Shown one piece after another: positions 10,539 through 19,345 of a stretch of 43,273 nt of DNA; position 1 is the first letter of the stretch, and every line of letters begins with the position of its first letter. This DNA is from a virus (taxonomy: Duplodnaviria; Caudoviricetes): IMG/VR virus record IMGVR_UViG_3300032225_001806, positions 1 to 43,273 of that record; one strand, given 5' to 3'. The position numbers and the translations under genes were made by a program. Under the pieces are notes generated by a model. The model was not told the DNA's origin, made no database searches, and worked only from the letters and a program-made list of their open reading frames with translations.

Positions 10539-10817
10539 ATGTCCGAAGTAAAAGACGAAACTGTTCTTCGCGTAAGCGCAGGCAGTAATCCACAATCTGT
10601 TGCATCTGCTATTGCACATACTATTTACGAAACCAAAGAATGCAAAATCAGAGCTGTTGGAGCTGGGGCAGTAAATCAAGCTGTTAAAGCTATTGCCATT
10701 GCCAGAGGCTACACAGCCCCCAGAGGCTTGGATTTAAAGTGCATCCCAGGATTTGCCAGTATCAAGAGCCATGATGGCGATATTAGTGCCATTGTGTTTA
10801 CAGTTATTTCGAGTTAA
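10539..10817 (+). CDS. spoVS: SpoVS-family (Alba-like) nucleic-acid-binding protein
   Basis: LRVSAGSNPQSVASAIA...RAVGAGAVNQAVKAIAIARG...CIPGF is the SpoVS signature. Confidence 0.92.
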   Translation: MSEVKDETVLRVSAGSNPQSVASAIAHTIYETKECKIRAVGAGAVNQAVKAIAIARGYTAPRGLDLKCIPGFASIKSHDGDISAIVFTVISS

Positions 10818-10878
10818 GACTGACAAATTAAATAAAATACGGTTTACTTTAAGTAGGCTCTATTAAAGTGAGGTTTTA

Positions 10879-11208
10879 ATGGCTAAGAATCTTGCCCCAG
10901 ACGCAGACAGCGTTGGGTCATACAAAGGCGCGACTGCTGTAAACCAGTCTGGCCTACCTTCTAAATACACAACCTTAATTGCGCGTCGCAATGTGCAGGC
11001 GGCAGACCCGGCTTTTATGCCTCACCTTGCACGCCGTAATGTTCCACAGGAACGCATGGGTAGTTCCTATGGTGTTCAAGTTAATGGGTACCCAAATGTG
11101 GACCCAACTATTGCTCCTACCCAAGCCAATGGGGTTATTATTAATCCTAAGACTCTACGTTCGACTAGCCTCTCTTTCTCTGAAGGCACAGACGACTTCG
11201 AAGACTAA
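10879..11208 (+). CDS. Hypothetical protein
   Basis: GAGG SD, 109 aa, followed by a terminator. Confidence 0.7.
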   Translation: MAKNLAPDADSVGSYKGATAVNQSGLPSKYTTLIARRNVQAADPAFMPHLARRNVPQERMGSSYGVQVNGYPNVDPTIAPTQANGVIINPKTLRSTSLSFSEGTDDFED

Positions 11209-11220
11209 TAACGTCCTATA

Positions 11221-11252
11221 ACAAAACCCGCCATCGATTTGGCGGGTTTTGT
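11221..11252 (+). terminator. Rho-independent terminator (bidirectional form)
   Basis: ACAAAACCCGCCA-TCGATT-TGGCGGGTTTTGT. Confidence 0.85.
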
Positions 11253-11297
11253 TGTTTGTGCTACAGTTTGCTAACCTACAATAAAGGGGCGGTACAG

Positions 11298-11555
11298 ATG
11301 TTAGCAAATATGTTGGAAAAAGCACTCACTAAATCACATTCTCGTTGTGCTGTATCTAAATGGTTAGAAGTTCAAGACGAAAAAGTCAACGAGATTTTTA
11401 ACAAGGTTTTAAACGATGGGTCGATTAATTACCAAGAGTTCTATTCAGTAATTAAAACTGATGCAGAATCTAAAGGGGAAGCAACTCCTTTTGCTATTAC
11501 AACTATGAGAAATCATCTACAGTCTCGCTGTTCTTGTTTAAAGATTGGGAAATGA
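11298..11555 (+). CDS. Small Cys/His DNA-binding-like hypothetical protein
   Basis: C.V..WL...RNH...CSC, directly upstream of the phosphoesterase. Confidence 0.6.
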   Translation: MLANMLEKALTKSHSRCAVSKWLEVQDEKVNEIFNKVLNDGSINYQEFYSVIKTDAESKGEATPFAITTMRNHLQSRCSCLKIGK

Positions 11556-11556
11556 T

Positions 11557-12756
11557 ATGACTGATTTAGCTAATAAACTAGAGTCACTTGCAAGCCCGGG
11601 TAAAACAGGTTCAGATTATAAAAACTTAAAAATTGCCGATGAATGGCGCCCCAGAGTTGAGGTAAACCCTTCTGAGGGCGGTTTTTTAGTAACTAAGCTT
11701 TACACAGCTTCGGATGTTCCTCCTGCTGAACAACTTTTAAAAGACAACAATCTTAATCCTGATGAGTGGAAAGTTACAGGCATGAGATTTTCCCAGTGGC
11801 AACGCTGGGATGGCGAAATGCTTACAGCTTTTCGTGTTAGTTTTGTTCCTGCAACTGAGGCCTTAGACAAAGAAGATGTAGCGGAATTAATAAAAGATAT
11901 TTCAAAATGGAAGCCCTCTAAATCTGCACAGACAACTTCTGGTGAAGGGGCTTTTGTTGTAGCTTTCAGTGACCAGCAGATTGGAAAAAAAGCTGCTGCA
12001 GGAGGTACTGCAGAATCTGTAGAACGACTTTTTTATTTGACAGATGAGTCAATCCAACGCCTAAAAGAATTAAGAAAAATTGGGCGTAAATTAGGTACTG
12101 TTGTGTTTGCCCTTTTAGGAGACCATGTAGAGGGAAATACTAGTCAGAATGGTAAATTGCAAGGCCAAGCTGTTGCAGACCTTGGTATGACAGAACAAGT
12201 TCGTGTAGCACGAAGGGTATTATTACAGCAGGTAAAAGCTTTTGCGCCTCTTTGTGATGAGTTAATTGTAGCTGTAATAAACGGAAATCATGATGAAGTT
12301 ACACGCCAAATAGTTGCTGACCCATCAGATGGTTGGAATGTAGACATTGCTAGCTCTGTGCAAGATATCTGCGCTGAAAATGATTCATTGTCACATGTTC
12401 AATTTAGGTATCCCCAAAAGGGACATCAAACTCTTGCTATTAATATCTGCGGTACAACAGTAGGGTTTTTTCATGGGCACCAGTTTTCAGGAGATGTCAC
12501 TAAATATATTAGTGGGCAGGCAACAGGCCAGACTGCATTAGGAATGGCAGACCTTTGGATTTCAGGGCATTACCACCATTTCCAAGCAAAAGATATTGGG
12601 GAACGTCTCTGGGTACAGGCTCCTACAACTGACGCAGGGTCAGATTGGTTTAGAGACCGCAGAGGTTTAGAGTCGAAGCCAGGGCTTTTAACTTTAACAA
12701 TTGGCGAAAATTATGACCCTAGAAGAGATTTAAGTATAATAACAACTACACGCTGA
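11557..12756 (+). CDS. Calcineurin-like metallophosphoesterase (Mre11/SbcD-like fold)
   Basis: SDQQIG, LGDHVEG, GNHDE, HGH, GHYH. Confidence 0.88.
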   Translation: MTDLANKLESLASPGKTGSDYKNLKIADEWRPRVEVNPSEGGFLVTKLYTASDVPPAEQLLKDNNLNPDEWKVTGMRFSQWQRWDGEMLTAFRVSFVPATEALDKEDVAELIKDISKWKPSKSAQTTSGEGAFVVAFSDQQIGKKAAAGGTAESVERLFYLTDESIQRLKELRKIGRKLGTVVFALLGDHVEGNTSQNGKLQGQAVADLGMTEQVRVARRVLLQQVKAFAPLCDELIVAVINGNHDEVTRQIVADPSDGWNVDIASSVQDICAENDSLSHVQFRYPQKGHQTLAINICGTTVGFFHGHQFSGDVTKYISGQATGQTALGMADLWISGHYHHFQAKDIGERLWVQAPTTDAGSDWFRDRRGLESKPGLLTLTIGENYDPRRDLSIITTTR

Positions 12757-12787
12757 TTGACACTACATCTAGGTGTAAAATATATGT

Positions 12788-13327
12788 ATGGCCGGAGGTA
12801 GTCCCCACCAAAACATCCAGTATCTGGGTGCTGGTGGCATGTATGACACCGCCACTACCTATGGAGGTGGTGGCGTACCTGTCGCACGCTCTGAGCTTGA
12901 TTATCTCCGGATGGGTGTGGGTCGAGAGCCTGGTGCAGAATACCCTGATGGATATTTAGGCGCTATTCGTACCCGCCGTGATGACCGTGGTAAGCCCAAC
13001 AGCTCCTCTGAGCGCATGTTAGACAGCCTTAAAATTCGCCTTGGACAAAAGTCTTACCAACGTGGTGTTCACCGTGGCGAGCGAGTTGACCCTGCAAGTT
13101 ATTTTTACCCAGATGAGTTACGCCCAGAGCGAGGAATTGTCCGACAAAGCAAAGCCACCATGGATGGAAATGTTTGGCGAATTGTAAGAGATACTCCTGA
13201 CTTTGATATGGTTCCGCCACCGCACCTTGTTAATGATGGTAAAGCAAATCTTCAAAGCACATCTCCTGGCGAGATTGATAGGCGCAGAGCAGCGCAACTT
13301 GGTCGCCTGAAACCGGCGTGGACATAA
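12788..13327 (+). CDS. Hypothetical protein
   Basis: 179-aa ORF, first of a coupled run. Confidence 0.7.
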   Translation: MAGGSPHQNIQYLGAGGMYDTATTYGGGGVPVARSELDYLRMGVGREPGAEYPDGYLGAIRTRRDDRGKPNSSSERMLDSLKIRLGQKSYQRGVHRGERVDPASYFYPDELRPERGIVRQSKATMDGNVWRIVRDTPDFDMVPPPHLVNDGKANLQSTSPGEIDRRRAAQLGRLKPAWT

Positions 13328-13677
13328 TGCCAAATCCTTTTGACTCTGGTTATACCGAGGCGCCTCCTTGGGTGGCGCCTATGGAAGCTGCTGAGGCTCC
13401 ACAGTCGTACATTGGCCCTTTTGCCAGTCGTCAAGAGCAAATGCTAACTCAAAGTTTACAAGCGCTTCTAATGACCAGTGAAGAGGTGCAGGAGTTTGTT
13501 CGCCCTCCTCTGCCGCAGGTCGAGATGTTTCCTCAAAGATATGGTTACCCAGTTGGACAACCAAATATTCGTGATATTATTGAATTTGGGCACAGAACAT
13601 ATGAACGCACAGATTATGCCCAACAGCCGAACACGCAAGAATCTACTAGCCGTAATAGCCTGGGATGGGGTGTGTAA
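13327..13677 (+). CDS. Hypothetical protein
   Basis: TAATG-coupled ORF. Confidence 0.65.
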   Translation: MPNPFDSGYTEAPPWVAPMEAAEAPQSYIGPFASRQEQMLTQSLQALLMTSEEVQEFVRPPLPQVEMFPQRYGYPVGQPNIRDIIEFGHRTYERTDYAQQPNTQESTSRNSLGWGV

Positions 13678-13910
13678 TGAGTATTGACCCTGGAATGTTT
13701 ACCGATGGCACCGGAGAGGGCATGGCTGGGGCCATGGATGTTTCATTAAATACGCAGAAAATGTTAGCCAAAACCTACTATAATGGTAGTAAGCCTTGCA
13801 TTGAATGTGGGTTATTAATAGACCCGCCTTCAGCGTTGATGACTGAAACCTGCCCAAGGTGCAGCAGAAAAAAGGCGGCAAAAATATTTAAGAATAGGAT
13901 GGTTCAATAG
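13677..13910 (+). CDS. Zn-finger hypothetical protein
   Basis: CIEC...CPRC, TAATG-coupled. Confidence 0.65.
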   Translation: MSIDPGMFTDGTGEGMAGAMDVSLNTQKMLAKTYYNGSKPCIECGLLIDPPSALMTETCPRCSRKKAAKIFKNRMVQ

Positions 13911-14116
13911 TGGCCGTTAATGTTTCTCGTTCACAGAACGCAGAGTTGTTTGAGGGTTCGACTGATGGCAAGTATCGTAAGCGCCGCCCTAACACTACTG
14001 TTGCCAGAGGTATGGGCGACGAAATTGTTGTTAAGAACCGTGCAGACCTGCACCCATACATGAACTATGGATTTATTAATTCCGAAGAGCCTTCCAAAGT
14101 TAATCCAGGAGCCTGA
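13910..14116 (+). CDS. Hypothetical protein
   Basis: TAGTG-coupled 68-aa ORF. Confidence 0.6.
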   Translation: MAVNVSRSQNAELFEGSTDGKYRKRRPNTTVARGMGDEIVVKNRADLHPYMNYGFINSEEPSKVNPGA

Positions 14117-14117
14117 T

Positions 14118-14465
14118 ATGTCAGTATTTAGAGACCGCCGCGACGGTATTACTAAGAGCTTGGCTACTGGTAGACCCAGCGCACAGCATTTATTACCATC
14201 AGCTCCTTCTGAAAAAAGAAATCTTGATGCAAATAAAGCTCAGGCTTATGCAAATTTGGTAAAAGCAATTTTTACCGATAATCCTTACTACTCAGATTCA
14301 GATTCTGAACGCTATAGGAATGCTGTAGACGGAATGGTTGGGAACGGCCCTGACTTAATGAGTAATTCTTCAGCCTTTACTCCTGATGAAGAGCACCCAG
14401 AAATTACAACAAATCCTGCCACGGGAGATTTGTTTACAGAAACTAACGACGAGTACAAGGACTGA
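14118..14465 (+). CDS. Hypothetical protein
   Basis: ATG after AGGAG. Confidence 0.6.
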   Translation: MSVFRDRRDGITKSLATGRPSAQHLLPSAPSEKRNLDANKAQAYANLVKAIFTDNPYYSDSDSERYRNAVDGMVGNGPDLMSNSSAFTPDEEHPEITTNPATGDLFTETNDEYKD

Positions 14466-14467
14466 CG

Positions 14468-15622
14468 ATGGCACACGACCCTGCAAAAGGCTATGACCCA
14501 GCCCATTTAATTCCAGATGCTCACATAGCGGACTTACAAGGTCCTCATTTAGAAGCTGCTAGGGCTTTTAATGAGTATATAAAAGCTGGACTTTCTAAAG
14601 CCGAAGCGGGAGCAAAAGTACGCCCTATTTTGCAGGGTAAGGGCATTGGTAGAGCTATTAGAGCAGTTGAGGGAGAACTTCCTACTCAAAGAAAAAATGA
14701 TGCCCGAGGTTCAAAAGCTTTGCCAAGTGACATTCGTCCTCTGGGCGGGGCTAAGGGAGGAGAATCTTCTTGGCGTCGTGAAGCCAATGAACAAGAAGTT
14801 ATGAAAGCTCTTGAGCTACCAGTTCCTAATATTACAGAGGCTTCTTATCAACATTACCAGCCTGCTCCATCTAACTTTAGCGAGTTAGAAGCAGAGCACA
14901 AAGAGTTAGCAAATAAAGTAAACCAAAAAGCAGCTTCAAGAGAAGAAAAAATAAGAAAAAAGACTCTTGATAATACTATATATGGAGATAGTGAACGACA
15001 AGCAGGCACCCGCCTTACTATCAATGCAACCAATGTTGATGCATTAAAAGCTAAAGACCCCGCAAATCGTGAGGCTGCTAGAGTTAGGCATCTTCAACTA
15101 CTAGAACGTGCACAATTAACAGCAGGAGACGTTGATACACAAGTAAATTTAAGAACAGAACAAAAAGGATGGGGTGCCCGCATACCCGGAACTACCCCCG
15201 ATTATATACAATGTGCTCGTCATGGCTGTGAGTCTGAACCATTTGATTCAGATTTAGTTGACCAAGAAAAAAATCCGCGCATAATTGATTCTACTCTTTG
15301 TCCTCCTTGCAATGAAGAATTAAGAATGGGTCGATTAACAGGTGCTGATGCTGGATTCCCAGCAGTTCATACACCTGTTACTGTAAAACCTGGTGACCCT
15401 GCATATGCAATTGGCGCTCACAGCTTATTAAAAGCAATATTTTCTCCAGGCGCTTACACATCTCCAAAAGATTCAGCTCGTATAACCTCAAATCTAGACC
15501 GTATGTTTGGAGAAGAGTCATCCACTCCAAGAGAAAAAACTATTGGTCCTAGCGGCGCTGTAGTTGAGAAAAAAGAAAGTAAACCGCTTTCTACAATTCG
15601 CCCTATATCAACAGAAGAGTAA
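14468..15622 (+). CDS. Hypothetical protein with C-x4-C...CPPC motif
   Basis: 384-aa ORF. Confidence 0.7.
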   Translation: MAHDPAKGYDPAHLIPDAHIADLQGPHLEAARAFNEYIKAGLSKAEAGAKVRPILQGKGIGRAIRAVEGELPTQRKNDARGSKALPSDIRPLGGAKGGESSWRREANEQEVMKALELPVPNITEASYQHYQPAPSNFSELEAEHKELANKVNQKAASREEKIRKKTLDNTIYGDSERQAGTRLTINATNVDALKAKDPANREAARVRHLQLLERAQLTAGDVDTQVNLRTEQKGWGARIPGTTPDYIQCARHGCESEPFDSDLVDQEKNPRIIDSTLCPPCNEELRMGRLTGADAGFPAVHTPVTVKPGDPAYAIGAHSLLKAIFSPGAYTSPKDSARITSNLDRMFGEESSTPREKTIGPSGAVVEKKESKPLSTIRPISTEE

Positions 15623-15642
15623 TATGCTATTCTGCGGGATAA

Positions 15643-15719
15643 CCGCAGGTAGGCAAATTGGTGACGCCGCCAGTCTTATAAACTGGGTCGATATGTGGGT
15701 TCAAGCCCCACCCTGCGGA
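15643..15719 (+). tRNA. tRNA-Ile, anticodon UAU (CCA not encoded)
   Basis: Acceptor CCGCAGG/CCTGCGG plus discriminator A; D arm GGC..GCC; anticodon arm CCAGT-CTTATAA-ACTGG; T arm GTGGG-TTCAAGC-CCCAC. Confidence 0.9.
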
Positions 15720-15738
15720 CTTATGATAGGATAACTAT

Positions 15739-16281
15739 ATGGTTATGGATTTGAGCACGTTAAACAAAGGCACTGAAACGAATGAGCCGCAGATTCGTCT
15801 GCTTGTATGTAGGGATTGTAAAACAATTGAAGAGTTACCTGATTACGACGGTGACCCGGCTGATGACCTTCTTCTTAACATTTCAGTGGAGCGTCATCAG
15901 CGTCCAGTTGCCCATACAGGGCTTCTTTTCAAGTTTCCATTAAAGTTTTGGTCTGTGCCTAAAATTCGTGAAGAAATTGTCAAGCAAATTCGCGGCGGCG
16001 CAGAAGGTTTGGACGCTTTTGGCACTAATTTTTATGACACCAAAATGACATTCCATGAAGATGCTATGACTTGCTGGGCACAGCACAACCGTCCTAAAGA
16101 ACAATGTCCAGATTATAAGTCTGACCGTAAGCAATTAAAACCTGATACTGCAAAAGAACGCAAAGAAGCAGGGTTAGAAAAACCCGGAAGTAAAGGCCCT
16201 AAAATTTATTTATGCGATTTTTGCCCTGTTAAAATGTATAACCAGAAAAAGGCGTTCTCTGAGAAGGGCCTGTATAACTAA
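15739..16281 (+). CDS. Cys/His-rich hypothetical protein
   Basis: CRDC, CWAQH..C, CDFC. Confidence 0.75.
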   Translation: MVMDLSTLNKGTETNEPQIRLLVCRDCKTIEELPDYDGDPADDLLLNISVERHQRPVAHTGLLFKFPLKFWSVPKIREEIVKQIRGGAEGLDAFGTNFYDTKMTFHEDAMTCWAQHNRPKEQCPDYKSDRKQLKPDTAKERKEAGLEKPGSKGPKIYLCDFCPVKMYNQKKAFSEKGLYN

Positions 16282-16331
16282 TAAAAACCCGGTAAAATAT
16301 AAGTATCCAATTTAACTAAAGGCGGATATTT

Positions 16332-16532
16332 ATGTTGTTCGATATGTCATGTTCTTGCACCGCCGCGTTGAGTATTGAAATAGATAAAAACGATACGGTA
16401 GCTTGGATGATTATAAATCGATTTTTGGAGGCGCATATTAAATGTGGATATGTAACCCCAATTATTCAAGAAGAAGTAGAACCTGTTACAACATTGGATA
16501 TCCCAGTAACAGACCTTCCAATAGAGGAGTAA
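16332..16532 (+). CDS. Hypothetical protein
   Basis: CSC...H..C 66-aa ORF with SD. Confidence 0.6.
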   Translation: MLFDMSCSCTAALSIEIDKNDTVAWMIINRFLEAHIKCGYVTPIIQEEVEPVTTLDIPVTDLPIEE

Positions 16533-16533
16533 G

Positions 16534-17475
16534 GTGAATTATTACGACACCCTTGCTCAGATGGCCTCTTCTTCAGTAGAAGTAGTTCCGGGAGAGTCTT
16601 CTTTATTTAGTACGCCTGAAAAGAATCTTGACCCACGACTATTTTCTAATGACAAACTTCTTACTAACATTAGAACCTCTATTATGGGCACAGCTTTAAA
16701 TTTTCTTTCAGGCATTTACAAAAATCCTGAGTCTTGGTGCCATGTATGGTTAGCAGGTTCAGGGGTTTCATATCAATGGGCTGCTCACCGCGCGCCTGCT
16801 GATTTGGATTGCTTGTTAGGTATTGATTACCCAAGATTTCGCGCACAGAATCCTGCCTACCAAGGGTTTAGTGATGCTGAAATTGCTGCTGAAATGAATG
16901 AAGCATTAGCAATTTTAGATAATCAAACATCAAATTTTATGGGCGTTTATGAATTAACTTTCTATGTAAATGTTAGGTCAGACATTAAAGACATAAAACC
17001 TTATTCAGCCTATTCATTAACTGATGACGAATGGGTTGTTGAACCATCTAAAGACCCTTTTACAATTGACCCTTCTTGGCAATCGCAATTAGAAACAGAA
17101 AATAAATTTGTTCAACAAATAGTTTCAAGATACAATGACGCTGTTCAGGCAGTAAAAATGTCTAAAAATAGCGCCGCGCGAGTAAATGCGGAAACGCTTT
17201 TACATCATTCTTTAACTCAAGCATCGGCGTTGTTTGAGGATATACACAAGGGGAGAAAGTTAGCCTTTAGCCCGGGTGGCCAAGGTTACGCGGACTATCA
17301 CAACTATCGGTGGCAGGCTGGTAAACAATCCGGTTCCGTGCCTGCTTTACGTAAATTAAAAGACATACAAAAAGAAGCGCAAAATACATTTGAATCCTCT
17401 ACTTATGGTGTAGAGTTACCTAATGCCAGCACATTGATAAGGCGGGCGTTAATTACTAGAAAAGGAAATGAGTAA
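16534..17475 (+). CDS. Pol-beta-superfamily nucleotidyltransferase
   Basis: LAGSGVSY...ADLDCL (GS-x-DxD) with downstream ELTFY. Confidence 0.75.
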   Translation: MNYYDTLAQMASSSVEVVPGESSLFSTPEKNLDPRLFSNDKLLTNIRTSIMGTALNFLSGIYKNPESWCHVWLAGSGVSYQWAAHRAPADLDCLLGIDYPRFRAQNPAYQGFSDAEIAAEMNEALAILDNQTSNFMGVYELTFYVNVRSDIKDIKPYSAYSLTDDEWVVEPSKDPFTIDPSWQSQLETENKFVQQIVSRYNDAVQAVKMSKNSAARVNAETLLHHSLTQASALFEDIHKGRKLAFSPGGQGYADYHNYRWQAGKQSGSVPALRKLKDIQKEAQNTFESSTYGVELPNASTLIRRALITRKGNE

Positions 17476-18074
17476 TGACTGATAAGTCAATTAATGGCTG
17501 GGAAGTTATCACCGGCCAGTCTGACCCGAAGCTTGCAATGGGCGTGGTTCCAGGAACCAATGTGAAGCTTCGTGCTCGCAAGGAAGTTCTTCCTTTGTTG
17601 TTAGCAATTGCTGCTGATTTTCACAAGGAAGTTGCACCTCTTCGTAATGGTGAGTGTGGCGCTTACTGCTACCGCAAGGCTCGTCAAGGTGGCGGCGCCT
17701 TTTCGGACCACAGTTCTGGTACTGCAATGGATTTGAACTGGGGCCACGAAGGCGCTATGGGTCCTAAGGGCGGCATGGTTCGCATGAATGATGCGCAAAT
17801 TAAAGCGTGTGCAGAAATTAAAAAGCGTTACAAGATTGTTATTTGGGGTGGAGATGCCGCAAAGGGTGGCGATTACCACGACCCGCATAGTTGGGACCCA
17901 ATGCACTATGCTTTGAAGAGCAAAATAACTGCTGGAGATGTTGCAAAGGTTTTGGCAGACCTAGGTATTGATAAAAATGGTGTTCGTGCCGGTGCAGGCA
18001 CAAAGAAGCCTAGCGTAGTTGCTAAGCTCACCGCTACTGTCAAGCCTGTAGTTAAGCCAGAACCACCTAAGTAA
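17475..18074 (+). CDS. Endolysin, M15-family Zn peptidase
   Basis: YR...SDHSSGTAMDLN...WGG...DPMHY. Confidence 0.85.
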   Translation: MTDKSINGWEVITGQSDPKLAMGVVPGTNVKLRARKEVLPLLLAIAADFHKEVAPLRNGECGAYCYRKARQGGGAFSDHSSGTAMDLNWGHEGAMGPKGGMVRMNDAQIKACAEIKKRYKIVIWGGDAAKGGDYHDPHSWDPMHYALKSKITAGDVAKVLADLGIDKNGVRAGAGTKKPSVVAKLTATVKPVVKPEPPK

Positions 18075-18159
18075 TAAATTTGGGCGGGGTGTGCGGGACT
18101 TCCTGCACCCAAACTAGGAGAAGCTACCCCCACCCCGCCCTACTCAATAGGAGAATAAT

Positions 18160-18882
18160 ATGAAGAAAAATGAAAAAGTTTGCATAACTTGGTGTCACAC
18201 CCACACAGTTTCAAATGAATTTGCAGTCAGTCTTGCGGATATTATTCGTTCTAGAGGTTCTAGAATTGGTTCTTTTCATTGCGTAGAAGGCACAGGACTT
18301 TTGTCTAAGTCACGCAATATTTCAATAAAGCATTTTTTAGATTATTCTAAATGTGATTGGTTGCTCATGCTTGATGCGGATGAGCGTATTTCCATTGAAG
18401 CATTTGATAAGTTGGTAGATGCCGCTGATGCAGAAAAGCGTCCTTTGATGGCAGGCCTTTATTTTGCGGCGTTATGGATTGATGGTAATTTAAGACCTAC
18501 ACCTCTTATTTTTAAAAATGAAAATGAGAAGGGCGTGCTCCCCTATGATAATTATGAAGAAAATTCTATTATCCCAATTGCGGCAGCAGGTACTGGGTTC
18601 CTTTTAATTCATCGTTCTGTATTTGAAAAGATGAGAGAAGCCCTGACAAATGAAAATTGCGGCCCTGATTGGTGTTGGTTCCAAGATGGTCCTATCAATG
18701 GAAACCGTTGGTTGTCCGAGGACCTCAGCTTTTTTGCCAGAATTCATAATTTAGGTATCCCTGTTTATGCCCATACAGGCGCAATTGCAGACCACCATAA
18801 GCCTATGTGGTTAAATGAAAAGCAATACAAAGTGTGGGCTGCTCACAATGAACCTGGAACAGGTCTTGAGCAGTTGATGTAG
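18160..18882 (+). CDS. GT-A fold glycosyltransferase
   Basis: SRN, LLMLDAD (DxD), GTGFLLIHRSVF, SEDLSF, HHK. Confidence 0.88.
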   Translation: MKKNEKVCITWCHTHTVSNEFAVSLADIIRSRGSRIGSFHCVEGTGLLSKSRNISIKHFLDYSKCDWLLMLDADERISIEAFDKLVDAADAEKRPLMAGLYFAALWIDGNLRPTPLIFKNENEKGVLPYDNYEENSIIPIAAAGTGFLLIHRSVFEKMREALTNENCGPDWCWFQDGPINGNRWLSEDLSFFARIHNLGIPVYAHTGAIADHHKPMWLNEKQYKVWAAHNEPGTGLEQLM

Positions 18883-18883
18883 T

Positions 18884-19345
18884 GTGTCAATATTAATTTT
18901 TGTGGATGGCGTTATGAGGCGTGAAAATAATTCGCCTGTAAATGAAGCAATCCGTTTATATAAATCTATTTCCGAAAAAGAACGTGTTGTACTGCTTGGT
19001 GATGATAAAGCAGAGATTGACCGCTGGATGAAGCAAAATAATTTGGCGTCAAAGTTGGATGACATAATTGATTACAAACCATCAGGTGTAAACAATTCCG
19101 AACTTAAATATAGACAGGTAGAGTACGCCAGAAGTAAAGGTCCTGTAGAATATGTCATCACAGATGATATTGAATTGTCTAAAGATTTATTAGAAAAAGG
19201 CGTGTGCGTTTATTTATTTTTACACCCAAAATATTTTAGCCACAAGTTCCGCCCAGACCGTCCTGTTGGTGTTAAAGCATGGGACCAGATAATTGAAGAG
19301 TTGGATAAACAACAAAAACTTTACGAAGAGGATAATCGGGTATGA
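18884..19345 (+). CDS. HAD-fold protein, motif I degenerate
   Basis: ILIFVDGVMR resembles hhhDxDG with the first Asp replaced; late ITDD. Confidence 0.5.
   Translation: MSILIFVDGVMRRENNSPVNEAIRLYKSISEKERVVLLGDDKAEIDRWMKQNNLASKLDDIIDYKPSGVNNSELKYRQVEYARSKGPVEYVITDDIELSKDLLEKGVCVYLFLHPKYFSHKFRPDRPVGVKAWDQIIEELDKQQKLYEEDNRV

Noticed and set aside
12757-12781. TTGACA...TAAAAT sigma70-type promoter
   Set aside because: Spacer is only 13 nt
15632-15648. CTGCGG repeat upstream of the tRNA as attP or alternative acceptor stem
   Set aside because: Only 6 bp, overlaps the likely -10 region, and no integrase is nearby
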